Assembly (NCBI RefSeq): GCF_018977255.1
Contig: NW_024704742.1
Span: 125,924,001-125,988,000, forward strand
Source of the DNA: Callorhinchus milii
Taxonomy: Eukaryota
DNA: 64,000 bases
Direction: 5' to 3'
In this document: positions 38,744 through 50,580 of the stretch, piece after piece
Layout of the letters: every line of letters begins with the position of its first letter
Numbering within the stretch: position 1 is the stretch's first letter
Notes under the pieces: model-generated
Database searches by the model: none
What the model was told of the DNA's origin: nothing
Seen by the model: the letters and a program-made list of their open reading frames with translations, nothing else
Program-made: the position numbers and the translations under genes

Positions 38744-39468
38744 ATGGGGGAGCAGGCTGACAGGGGTAAGAATCAGAGCATCAAGATGAATGTGCTGCCA
38801 GGAGGGGGAGCAGCAGAAACCGGATCCGACCACAACAAAGTCGAAGAGTCCTGTTGCAGCATCAGCAGCAGCAGCAGCAGCAGGGAAGCCGATCCCAGCA
38901 AGGACACGGCCAAATGTAACACGAACGGAGATTACAGAGCGCAAGGCAGTGTGCACTCACTACAGCAGCAGCACCAGCCGCAGCAGCAGCAGCAGCAGCC
39001 GCCGGGACACCATCACCATCACCAGCAGCAGCATCAGCACCACCAGCAGCAGCAGCAGCAGCAGCCACCGCCTGCTGTGATGGAAGGGAAACCCAGACAG
39101 GGCTGTAACAGGGAGCAGCCGACAGCGCTGGGCAACATGGTCTCTGGCAGGAAAAGGAGGAACACGGGAGGGGATGAGTCGGGGCAGATTAAACAGCAGC
39201 AGCAGCAGCAGCAGCAGGAGAGTGGGAAAGAGCAGAACTCGGTTGGCTTTAAGGTGGAAGGAGGCGACGCTGCGATGATGTTCGGGGAGGAAGGCGAGGA
39301 CATGCCTCGCCAGTACAGCTACATGCAGAGGCACTTCAGAGCGCTGCTCCAGCCCGGGGTCAATAAGTTTTCTCTGCGGATGTTCGGCAGCCAGAAGGGG
39401 GTGGAGAAGGAGCAGGAACGGGTCAAAACCGCCGGCTATTGGATTATTCACCCTTACAGCGATTTTCG
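38744..39468 (+). CDS. HCN1: HCN channel (HCN1-like), coding exon 1: N-terminus and HCN domain
   Basis: Translation ends [10 protein letters not shown]...[54 protein letters not shown], matching the HCN1 N-terminal/HCN-domain motifs ([21 protein letters not shown]). Donor CG|GTGAGT at 39469, phase 2. Start is either ATG 38744 (AGGATGG) or ATG 39080 (MEGKP). Confidence 0.93.
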
Positions 39469-39528
39469 GTGAGTGGTCGACCCCGAACAGCGAGTGCATT
39501 TCGACACCTGGAAACGGTGCAAAGGGTT

Positions 39529-39600
39529 GTGTGTGTGTGTGTGTTGGTGTGTGTTGTGTGTGTGTGTGTTGTGTGTGTGTGTTGTTGTGTCTCTGTGTTG
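39529..39600 (+). repeat. Imperfect (GT)n tract just downstream of the exon 1 donor
   Basis: GTGTGT/GTT runs are visible; further (GT)/(CA) tracts lie at ~39909, ~40038 and ~40469. Confidence 0.85.
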
Positions 39601-40027
39601 GTGAATGACCGATTCAACAACCGCTCATCCGCGAATTCAGATCAAAAGAGAGAATTTTTATTTCGGGGGGAAAACCAAAACCAAATCCTGTTTGAAATCA
39701 CTTGATCAACTTTGCATCCCGCTGTACATCAGTCTTTATTGCGGCCCTTACAAATTTATATATATATATGTATGTACACATATATATAAAGTCGTGATAA
39801 CTGCCCCTATTATCTTAATAATAATAATCACAATTATCTTTCAAAAAATCATCATTTTTTAAAAGACTTATTAGACCCTGTAATGGTATCACGACTTGTT
39901 GGTCACTCTGTGTGTGTGTGTGTGTATGTATATATATATATGTTTCATCCCAAGAATTGGTATTTTGTCCCAAAGACCAACAAAGTTGATTTGGTTTTTT
40001 TTTAACCTGAATCAAACAAACTGTTTG

Positions 40028-40058
<31 letters not shown>

Positions 40059-41650
40059 TCACTGTAATTCTAAAGGGGGAAAAAAAAGGTGATCAGCGAA
40101 AGACGAGAGCTGACTGGTTTAGCTCAGGCAGAATTGTAAATTAAATCATTGGAAGGCTCGAGGGAAAATTCCTGCCATCTGCACATTTGCAGAGAGTAAA
40201 TCCGAACTGAGGTGGTGGTGGTGGTGGTGGTGTGATGATGGTGCAGCAGCAGTGGCAGCGTTTAACTTTGGTGCATTCTGTTAACATGTGGAAATAAATG
40301 GTCCCGATCGTCGCTAAAAGCAGTGATTGCAAAGTACGAGACCTCAGTCAGCAGCTGAGACGCATTTTGTGCGTCTCTGGTGTGGAAGTGGATGAAAGGA
40401 AGTGACTTTGCCGAACGGAGCAGTCGCAAGTTCTGGTTTCCAGTGGAAACTCGAGTGAGAGTTTTATTGTGTGTGTGTGTGGTGTGGGTGTGTGTGTGTG
40501 TGTGGAGCGGGGAGTCCGGGCACCTGTGGACCGTCCCCAAATTGCGCTTTGCTTTGGGGAAAGAAATGCTCCTTTTTACGCTCGGTTTCGGGGCGGCTTT
40601 GCTCGGGTCTCCGTCGGAAAGCGACCGGGGGTGGGGGGTGGGGTGGTGGGGGGTGGGGGGTTGGGGGGGGTATTGAGTTGGGATTTATTGCTGGTTTGCG
40701 AGACGAAAGGTGAGTTTTGTTTTGGAAGGGGGGAGAGAGGAGAAAAGGTTGTGAGATTGAGTCACGCTCCCTCTCTCCATCCGCACGTCGCTCTCTTTGG
40801 AGTCACATCGCTCACCTCTGTTGCAACAAAAAAAACACACATCACATCAGGACCAGAAAAACCACGGCGGAAAATAAAATATCCCGACCATTCGGCCCTC
40901 CGGCAACGATGCACCGGTTACGATCGAAGCCCAACCACACACTTTGACCGCTCTGGACTGGACTGGAGTGGGGGACTGGAGTGGGGGACTGGAGGGAGGA
41001 GGGGGGGAGCGGGAAAATAATATTTCTTAAAAAGATATCACAGAAGGTCACGCAAAGGACGCGGGCGCCGGAGTGCAGCCGAACCGAAACCAGGAGCCGT
41101 TTCTCGTGGCTTCTGGTGACATTTCGCGCTCCGGAATGGTTCACAGCGGCTGTACAGATAAATACACACACGTACATACGTGTGATTTGCCCCCTCCAGT
41201 CCCGGGGGGGTATGTAAACAGCTCTCGGCTGCAGACAGAGAGACAGAGATACCCCGTTATCTGTCAGGGGACGTGGTCCTGGTGCCCACCAACAGACCCC
41301 GGACTGCACCGACACCGCAGTCAGATCATCAACTCAGCACAAACTCTGTCCCGGGGGTGAGGTGCGCGCCTCTCGGACGCTAAACGTCGTCCCCTTAAAC
41401 ACGCAACGTTTAGGCTCCAACCAACTCGCTCACAGCTGCACACAGTCCGGGGGGTGTGGGGGGTGTGGGGGGCAGCGTCCGACTTTGATGGATTTCCCTT
41501 TCAATCGGTGGGAAGAATATGTGGGAGAGGCCCTTTGACGTGTGCACCTGCGAGGGGTTCATGTTACTGTCGGGGTGATCCGCAATCTCCAGTTGTTCTG
41601 CGCTGTTACGATGGTCTTTGTACCATCACCTTATCTGTGGTGCTGGTGTG

Positions 41651-41955
41651 TGCTCGGCTCAGCCCGGCCCAGCCCGGCTCAGCCCAGCCCAGCCTGGCTC
41701 AGCCCGGCTCAGCCCGGCCCGGCCCGGCTCAGCCCAGCCCAGCCTGGCTCAGCCCGGCTCGGCTCGGCCCGGCTCAGCCCAGCCCTTCCCGGCCCGGCTT
41801 GACTCGGCTCAGCTCGGCCCGGCCCGGCTCGGCTCAGCCCAGCCCAGCCTGGCTCAGCCCGGCTCAGCTCGGCCCGGCTCAGCCCAGCCCTTCCCGGCCC
41901 GGCTTGGCTCGGCTCAGCTCGGCCCGGCCCGGCTCGGCTCAGCCCGGCCCGGCCC
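41651..41955. repeat. GC-rich pentamer array (RGCYC)x61 with 105-bp higher-order duplication
   Basis: In-register AGCCC/GGCTC/GGCCC/AGCTC units. Variant unit TTCCC recurs at 41786 and 41891; AGCCT recurs at 41691, 41741 and 41846. Confidence 0.95.
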
Positions 41956-42499
41956 GGCGGTGCAGCACAGATGGGAGCACAAGCCCCGGGGGTTAAACCT
42001 TCAAGTCAGGCTGTCTATCTCCTGCTTTTGTCCTTTCTCGTTATAAATGAAGTGACCTGTCTGTCCGCTCAGCTCTCCCACAGGCGGATATGTGGCGTAA
42101 CACATCACCTCTCAGACAAAAAAAAACGCCAGCTCATTCTGCAAGGGCAGCAGGATGGGTTAAAGCTGAGATAAGGAAGTCATGGTTTGGTAAGGGGGGA
42201 AACTTTATTTTTAATGGGGAAAAAAAGGAATGTTTTATTTATGGAGCCAGGATTTCATTTGGTTGGGAGGGAAGGGGTGGGAGAGTGACTGTACTACAAT
42301 ATTCACCAATAGAAGGGCGGTTTGGTTGTGGGGAGAAATGTCACTGTATTTGCCAGTCATTGGAAAGGTTATCTGCATCGTGTGTTGGATAGAGTAGGTG
42401 TGTTTGGAGCTCTGTCCATCTCACACAGCACATTGATGCATTCAGGGAAGGCTTTTCTTGCTCTCATTGCCGCTCAGTGTTGCTGGTGCTGCAATCTAA

Positions 42500-42778
42500 T
42501 ATAATGCTTGGATTTGACATAGCACTTTATCACATCATTGAGATGTCTCAAAGCACTTCACAGAATATACTGTAAAGTGGAGTGACTATTTTGTGGGTGA
42601 AACGCGGCAGCCGATTGCGCACAGCAGTGTCCCACGAACAATGTCGTGGATTGAGTGAACAGATTTTTTTGTTCGGATTATTACCCCCAGAAAGCGATCG
42701 ACTAACCATCGGGTTCCTATGTAATGCTAGGTGGTAAGAGGCGTATGGAGTAAGGACAGTTGCACAAGGTTTCGCCCT
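42500..42778 (-). mobile_element. tRNA/Deu SINE, longer subfamily, head truncated (intron 1)
   Basis: Deu core and tail in reverse complement. Confidence 0.8.
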
Positions 42779-43279
42779 TGTTTTTCACTTTATTTGACTG
42801 ACAGATGATTTGGCAATAGCAATCTTAGCTTTCAAGATCCCATGGAAAACCAAACTCCTGATATTTTGCTCTTTGTCTGTTTTAATCAAAAAATCACCAA
42901 CATTTAAGTAGTGTGTAAATTTCCAGTTTTGCTCCTGCAGGATTGGTACATTCTGGGTTTAAAAAACATTACACTACACTTAATAAAGCAAATTAGAGTT
43001 TCTTCGGTATGGTTTAATGGGTGCCCGAAAGCACAGCATGTCAAAAGCCGCAAACAGCCAAACTCCACCAATGTGTTTCTAAAGTCAGCCACTCAACAGA
43101 TTGTGTTGTTATGCTCTCTGCTGTCTGTTACATGATTACTCTCACATGTGCCTGAGAAGTTTCATTTCTCAAATTGAACTGTGCTTTCCACAAGAAGCCT
43201 TGCACTCCTGTAATATCGCCACACTTCCCAGACCATTCCGCCTGCTTTCCCAGGAACTTTCCCAATTGCTGATATTGAA

Positions 43280-43600
43280 ATAATCCTTACATTTGATACA
43301 GTGCCTCAAAGCGTTTCACAGGATTTACTGTAAAGTGAAGTAACTTTGCGCACAGCAATGTCCCACATAAAGCCATCAGGTGAATGACAAATTGTATTTG
43401 GGGCTTGTTGGTCAGGACACCAGTAGAAACTATCTTCTCTTTTCACATAGTGTTTGGGATCTTTAACATCCATCTGAACAGGCAGACAGGACCCCTCATT
43501 CAAAGGATGGCACCCCACCAATGCAGCATACATCCAGCACTGCATTGGAGTGTTAGCATAGACTGTATGAATTTCAAGATCCGATGTGGGGCTTGAACAC
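43280..43600 (-). mobile_element. Older Deu-type SINE (intron 1)
   Basis: Tail, Deu core and body motifs in reverse complement. Confidence 0.65.
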
Positions 43601-44504
43601 CCCCGACCCCATCCCATTCTCGCTATTATATATTTCAACAGATCCTTTTTTTCTTAGTCCATCTCTGTCACCCACACTCAAATTATCTGCACTGTTAACA
43701 AAATCTCTTTTTTAGTTGTATTAGGTATAAATATATGTTCGCACTTCTCTCCTCTCTCTCGATCTCTTTCACAATTGGTTGAGTACTGGATATGAGATGA
43801 TGAAAATTTCTGAGTTAAATCCTAATGGGTCCCAGTTAGTGCTTCACCGTTTGTAAATTGATAAAATGATTACCATGTCTATAAAACATTTAAGTAACAA
43901 AACTTGAATTTATGTAGCGCCCTTCATGTGGGGCAGCTTCCAGGAGCCACTCCTTCATTCATTTCATGGACGATCGCAGTAAATTGCTTAAGAAGTCACA
44001 TTGAGTTTGCCTGTATGCTGCTTGAGTTCAGCACTGCAATCTTCAGTACTGGAGGAGAATGCACAGATCATTTTTCCCTTCAATAGTCATGTTCAAAGGT
44101 ACCACACTGATAAAAACGAACAAACACACCAATATTGTAATGAAAACACTTAAAATTAGCATCGCACGAGAGAGAACAGGATGTGAGCTACCTTTTATGA
44201 ATTTGATACTTTTTTAATTCAATTTAGCCAGGTGTAATTTTATGCTTATTGATTTATTTTACCTTCCCAATTTCTATTCCCTCGTATCTTTACAATTACT
44301 TTGCAGTTAAATATCTTGGATTTTTGTGTTTTTTTTTAAAAATTGTCATTGTCCTTCCTTTTTCTCGAAGTTACATAATAATAAGGATAGTATATCATAA
44401 TTCAAATTGATACTTTTAATAAAAAATAAACTTCTTAAATTCAGAAATAATTTGCTGCGATGCTTTTTTAGTTAAGGCACTTTGTGCCTTATTTTACTTG
44501 GTAG

Positions 44505-44662
44505 GATTCACTTTGCACTCTGCTGGTTGCACCCTTTGCTGTAACACTAAAGTGTTAAAATAAGAAAGTTAAGGGTAGGAAAAGATTCACTTTGTACTCT
44601 GCTGGTTGCACCCTTTGCTGTAACACTAAAGTGTTAAAATAAGAAAGTTAAGGGTAGGAAAA
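44505..44662. repeat. 79-bp tandem duplication (2 copies, 1 mismatch)
   Basis: GATTCACTTTG(C/T)ACTCTGCTGG...GGGTAGGAAAA starts at 44505 and at 44584. Confidence 0.92.
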
Positions 44663-46370
44663 GAAGTCAGGTCAGATTAGATTTAATCAGGACGTAATAG
44701 ATTTGTGGAATAAGTTACGAGGAAAGCTATTGATCTTTCCTAAGTCTTAATAATGTGAATCCCATTAGAAAACATCACGGAAGATTTATATTTTTAGCAA
44801 TGAGTACAAAATAGACCGCAGTATATATAGTTGCAAAAGACAATTAAGTGTATTTCTAGTGAGGGAAGGTGTTGAAGATTATCATGAGAAGGCAGCTAGC
44901 TCGGGACCAAAAATAAAACAGATGGATTAGTTGGAACTGAAGACATTTTCCCTATCTGAAAATGCTTACCTTTTTGATTTGCTATACTCACATAAAGCAG
45001 CCGTTTGATAAACACACAAAAGACAGTTCCATGCTCGCTTTATAAAATGGCAACTTTCAAGTGCATCCAAGGACACACAAAGCATTGGCTGGCTTTTATC
45101 ACTTGGAAGCATTTTTTTATAACAGGCTTTATTTTAAAATAATTGCTCTCGGCAACTCAATACCAATGTGTACGGAAACGTTCCACATACAGGGCTGCCC
45201 ACATTGCCTGCTATCAACTCTACCTGTTTATATCATGGTAAAATGCCACTTTCGCCCCCAAAGAGTAAATGTAATAAAATCAACTGAGTAAGGCTTCGTC
45301 AGAACAAAGCCCCAAATCATTGCAGTGTACAAAAATATAATTCAAGTTAACCTCATGAAAGAGAGTCATTCTACCATTTATAGCTAAGGAATTGAACACA
45401 ACATATTTATTATTATCATTTATTATTATTACCACAAAATACACACTCAATCCACTTTACAATATATTCTGTGAAGCACTTTGAAACATCTCAATGACAT
45501 GGTCAGACGCTATATCAAACAAGGATTATTTTTATTATTACTACAACTGCATTTTGGAGCAAAGCTGCCTTAGAAACAGGTTAAATATAAAGATGATACG
45601 GTATGCAGTTTTCTTTTGAAGAACCAGTTACTTTAATATTTTAATATATTTTACAATATAATCTGTGAAGTGCTTTTAGTTGTCTCAACGCCACAAGGAT
45701 TATTATTATTATTACTTTTGGATTTAATTTTAATTCCATTTTACCTGGGTGCTGAATCACCAACAACTTGCACGTATATCATCAGATGTCTGGTTCGGTA
45801 TATCGTGCTTATGAGAGTGAATAGTGACAATAATAATATTTGTATTTGATGCAGTGGCTTTCACATTGAGGATATTTCAAAGCACTTGGTAGGATTCACT
45901 GTAACATGTGTTTTGAAGGCGAATGCGACAGCCACTGTACACACAGCAATGCATCACAAATAGCCTTGAAGTGAATGATTAATCTTATCTGGGGATTTGT
46001 TGGAAAGGACACTGGGAGAACATCTCTTCACATTATGTACAAAGTATATGGATTATATTAGTATATTCAAACTTTAGCAAATTATTGTAGCATAATTAGA
46101 TTTAACATTAAATCCCTGTTAGGGGTAGTTTCCTTGCAGGTGATTGTGTCTTCTGCAATTCTCTGTCTCAGTATTTCAATGATGAAACAATCACTCGATT
46201 GATGACTAAGGGTGAAAATGTGTTTGTGTAAATAACTTTTGTATTTTACCTCCTTCATTTTCTTCTTTCTTACCAGTGTCTATGTGATAATTTTTCACTT
46301 GTGAAGCAGAGAATGAGCATCAGGAAGCACTACAGCCAAACCCATCCTGGTCTTCACCCTATTTCACTTT

Positions 46371-46953
46371 CAACAACAACAACAAGATTGCATTTAGAGC
46401 GCCTTTCACGTCGGGAGGACGTCCCAAGGCGCTGTACAGTTGGGTCAGGACCCGAGCAGGGGGGAAATGGTCAGCGTGAGAGGAGGGAAGGGAGGGAGCG
46501 AGGAGGAGGTAGAGAGTCGAGAGGGGAGGTGAAGGCACGGTTGAAGAGAAAGGTCTTGAGACCGGCCTTGAAGGAGGAAAGGGAGGAAGCAAAGCAAAGG
46601 CACTGGGGGATGGAGTTCCAGAGCCTAGGGGCTGAGAGGCTGAAGGCCCGGCCACCGATGGTAGGACGGTTAGGGTGGGGGATGTGGAGCAGACTGGAGC
46701 CAGAGGAACGGAGGGTACGGGCAGGTAAGTAGGGGGATAGTAGGTCGGAGAGGTAGGAGGGAGCGAGGCCGTGAGTGGCTTTGTAGGTGAGGATGAGGAT
46801 CTTGAATTCGATCCTTTGGGGGATGGGGAGCCAGTGGAGGCGAGCGAGGGTGGGAGTGATTTAGTCGTGAAGCCTGGTGCGGGACAGTACATGAACTGCA
46901 GAGTTCTGAATGACCTGCAGCTTGTGGAGGGAGGTGCCGGGAAGGCCGACGAG
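46371..46953 (-). mobile_element. Young L2 3' fragment (intron 1)
   Basis: Closely similar to 12365-12975; (TTG)n tail. Confidence 0.92.
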
Positions 46954-49900
46954 GACCCCTTTCCAATAGGGGTCACTCAATAGCAGTTCTCCAGCTAGGG
47001 GCACCTTACCCATTAGGGCTTTGGCGTCCAGGGTTAACAGGAGCCGAATGCTCTGGTACATCACCCTGCGTAAGGGGCACTTTATAAATGCAAGTTGTTG
47101 TTGAATGGGAAGGAACCTGCAGCAGAGCCAGGCTGCCTGGTTTGTCATTGGCAGTGCTGTGCAGTACAGCACACACTCAAAATTGCAGAAGTCAAATTTC
47201 CTTTCAACCTTTGAAGTGCTTGAGCACATTTTTGGACAAAAGAAAAATAGCAAATTACCTTGCCCATTTATTCAAGGAATATTGATTTTGAAAGCATTTC
47301 CGGTGGTTAATTAGACCTTCCCAGTTCAGATACAGAATGTTCAATATAAATATTCACAAGTGTAGGTGGATGTCAAGCAGTGGGATAGGCCAGTCATTTG
47401 TTAACTATAAAAAAGGGATATCACTGAGTATTTAAGCAATAGGTTTTTCAGAAGTCGTAAATGATAAATTTGGTCACTACACAGAATTGTTTGGCAGGAC
47501 AATAATAAAGCTCATATATTTTGTAAAAAAACGATTGTTTTGATATAAATATAATAATCGTATGAAGCACAGCATCAAAGGAATGGAATTGGAAGATCCT
47601 GGATGTATTTTTAGGAAAGAATGGCCAGATTGTGGAAAAGAAAGGGATGCATCGAAATAGCACTCAGTGTCAGGAGCACAGGTCCTTTCCTGGAAACAGG
47701 GTACAAATTGTTTGTGGATTGTGATAGGAACCCTCTAAGTGGCTGGATCACAGCCTATGCAGTGAACCTTATCAGAAGCCTATTTTCCTGGTGATATCAT
47801 GCTTCTCCCACAGCAACACTTTTCTCAATCACCCTTAACCTGGACGAGGCGCTGGATGATGGTTATGAAACTGCTTTAATCCCAGTCATTATAGTTTTCA
47901 AATGGTGCCCTTCTCAGAGCTCAGAAATGTAAATAGAAGATTAAATGGTGACAGTTTGGAACGACCCATTAGAATCACTAATTTTTGCACATCTTCAGTG
48001 GACAGCTGTTTTCTCCAATAAAAATAAACAGTCAAAATAAATCACAAAAATAATTAAAAGGGAAGTTTGAAAAAAACATGAAACCTATGTTACTCTTCTA
48101 TTCAGGGTTACTGGTACTATACATGCAGGCTGTGGGGCGGCCTCCAATTCCAGGGCACTAGCCTGCATGAAGGGTGCATATAAATGAAAATTGTTGTTTT
48201 GTTGCTGCACTTATTTCATTTCTGGTTGTTTGTTTGATTAGTTGTCGTCATTGGCTATTATGGTGGCCGGTGTTGAGTGATAGACTCCCGTAGTCTGTGA
48301 TGTGCCACAGTGATATTGGTGTTTACTTTAGCGCTTGTTTTGGATGAGTGGAGGGTGGGGGGCAATCATCCTGTGCTGTAAACCTTGTACACTTCTCTAG
48401 CGCTTGTACTTGGCATTGACACTAATTTATTGGAACATCAGTTTCAGGAAAATGTGTGGAAATTTTATTGCTAGAAATCGATACGTAACAATCTGAATTG
48501 TTTTGATCTTGCAGAATTAAGGTTTTTATTAGTTTTTATTTTCAATTTTGTATTTTTGCTATACCTGGTACTAAAACTCAGGGCATATCACACACGAAAT
48601 TTAGCCCCCTATGGTTAGAGAATACTAGCACGGCAGTTTTCTCAAATACCTTGTGTAAGCAGCTGTGAGGATGTGCATGTGAGGGCCATGGGCCAATTCA
48701 CCCTCAGATTTTCCTATTTAAGCACTTTGAGGTCCTTTCGATGTGAAAGGCACTATTATATAAATGTAAATTTTATTCTTTATTTGGGGGAAGGTCCGGC
48801 TTCTATATGCCGCTTCCACCAGATGGCATGGCTGAGGCTGGCAGCTCTGTATCACAGGCAGTTTTAGGATTCCACTTTCATCCTCCCATTACGTGTTACT
48901 ATGAAATGAAGCACCAATGTCATCATTTTACCCTGATTTAGCAAAGATTTTCAAATCATCACCTGGAGGTTTTTGATCAATCTTCAATTTATGCTATATA
49001 TCTCGGATCTGTAGACTTACATTTTGCTCAAGGTGAATTCAGGGATTTTTTTCCTTTTGGTGGTGATTTTCTGCCTTTCAATAATCTACTGACCTTGGCA
49101 GTATGTTCAACAACAACTTTCACTTCTATCGCACCTTTCACATAGGAAAACGTCTCATAGCGCTTTTCAGAAATGGAGTGAGACCCTGAACATTTATATT
49201 GTCCCCAATATAAGCGCACGCTGTCAAGGTCAGCAAATTCACTGTCAAGGTGAAAATCAGACATAGGCTACACAAAGGTTGGTAACTTTAATGACAATTA
49301 GAGAACAGCTTCTCTAATGTTAACAGCAAGTGCCAATAGTGTAGATTATATGCAAAGTAAAATTCCCTCTGCTCTTCTCCTGCAATAATATGCCTCAGCT
49401 ACATGCAAGGCCTAAGCCCACTCTGTTCTGGATTTCATGTGACTGCACAGTTTGTAAATTGTGAGAGAGTTAGAAATGGTAAAGAATAATTCACCGAACC
49501 TCATTTGATATCAGAAACTCACACCAATCTACATTCTACCGGTTTTGCTCTGTGTTGCTGTAAAAAATAGAAAATACCTGATGTGTATCGCCTGTCGATT
49601 TAAGCTGTAAGTTAAAAGTCAGCTCATGCATTGGGCAAGTCATTTCATTTAATACTTGTTGGTGAACTGATTCAGAGAAGCCCTCGCTGTAAAACCCAGC
49701 GGTCACATTTACTTCTTCAGCAGAATGAATCTTTTGGGTTAGTAAAATTTGAGCCGAGTTGAAGATGTGTGATTAACGGTCACGTGACTCATCCCTCGGC
49801 TAACACAAATAAATCTGTAGTGATTAATCAAGCTCTGAACAGGGCTGCCTTGTGTCGGAGTACTGAAGGCAGATGCTGACACAGAGTTGGCCTGATAACA

Positions 49901-50399
49901 TTTTTCTACTGTGCGAAGGAAATGTTATTGGGCAACTATTGAAAGGCGTTTGTTCTTACTTTGGAGTGTGTGAACCTGATATGGTGTCATTGAGCAGAAC
50001 TATTGTGCAGAAAGATGAATGAGACCAGCTTGTGTCGTTCATACTGGGGTATTACCACCTATTAAGGCGTAAGATGTATGATTACCAGATCACATGACTC
50101 ACATTAAAGTATTATGAGGTGTTATAAATCGGATGAGCATTTACTTCCTGGAGGAGCCGGCTGTGAGGAACATGGATCTGACAACTTAAGACGTACCATT
50201 TTATGTCTCCTCAAAATGGACATGACCAAATTTAGAGATAATGAACGTTTCCAAACAAATGATCCTTTTAAGTAGATGCTTCTGATAACACTGGAGATTT
50301 CGTGCACATTAGGGGCTGAAATTTATGTAACATGTTCCTGATCACCTCCTCCCCCGATCTTCCTTATAGACTTTTCTTTCAAAATTGTAAAATACCGAG

Positions 50400-50580
50400 G
50401 CAGAAATTCTACCTTGGTCCAGATAACATTTCAGAGTGTACAGAATTTGCCAAATTGCTAAATTCAGTCTTAACTTTGAAGCTGGTTTCCTGCAGTTCTT
50501 AAAAGAACTTACAAAATTAAAGATAGTTGTTTAAGAATTTGACAAATTCTGTGCGCTCCAAAATGTTACATCAATGAAGT
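50400..50580. mobile_element. MITE-like palindromic element (inverted relative copy at ~21850-22032)
   Basis: ~33-bp imperfect inverted repeat at 50424/50568; the internal TTAACTTTGAAGCTG is shared, in reverse complement, with the 21.9 kb copy. Confidence 0.6.

Larger units (their letters stand above)
38800..41990. promoter_or_regulatory. CpG island region over exon 1 and proximal intron 1
   Basis: By eye, CpG density and GC content are much higher than in the CpG-depleted flanks, and transposon insertions are absent. An AT-rich gap lies at ~39750-40150. Confidence 0.75.

Noticed and set aside
38723..39499. Antisense ORFs over exon 1 (poly-A/L/C)
   Set aside because: Shadows of the CAG repeats and GC-rich coding strand; no independent evidence.
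41454..42046. ORFs with PAQPS/ARLS repeats
   Set aside because: These are translations of the stop-free pentamer array, with GTG starts and no splice support.
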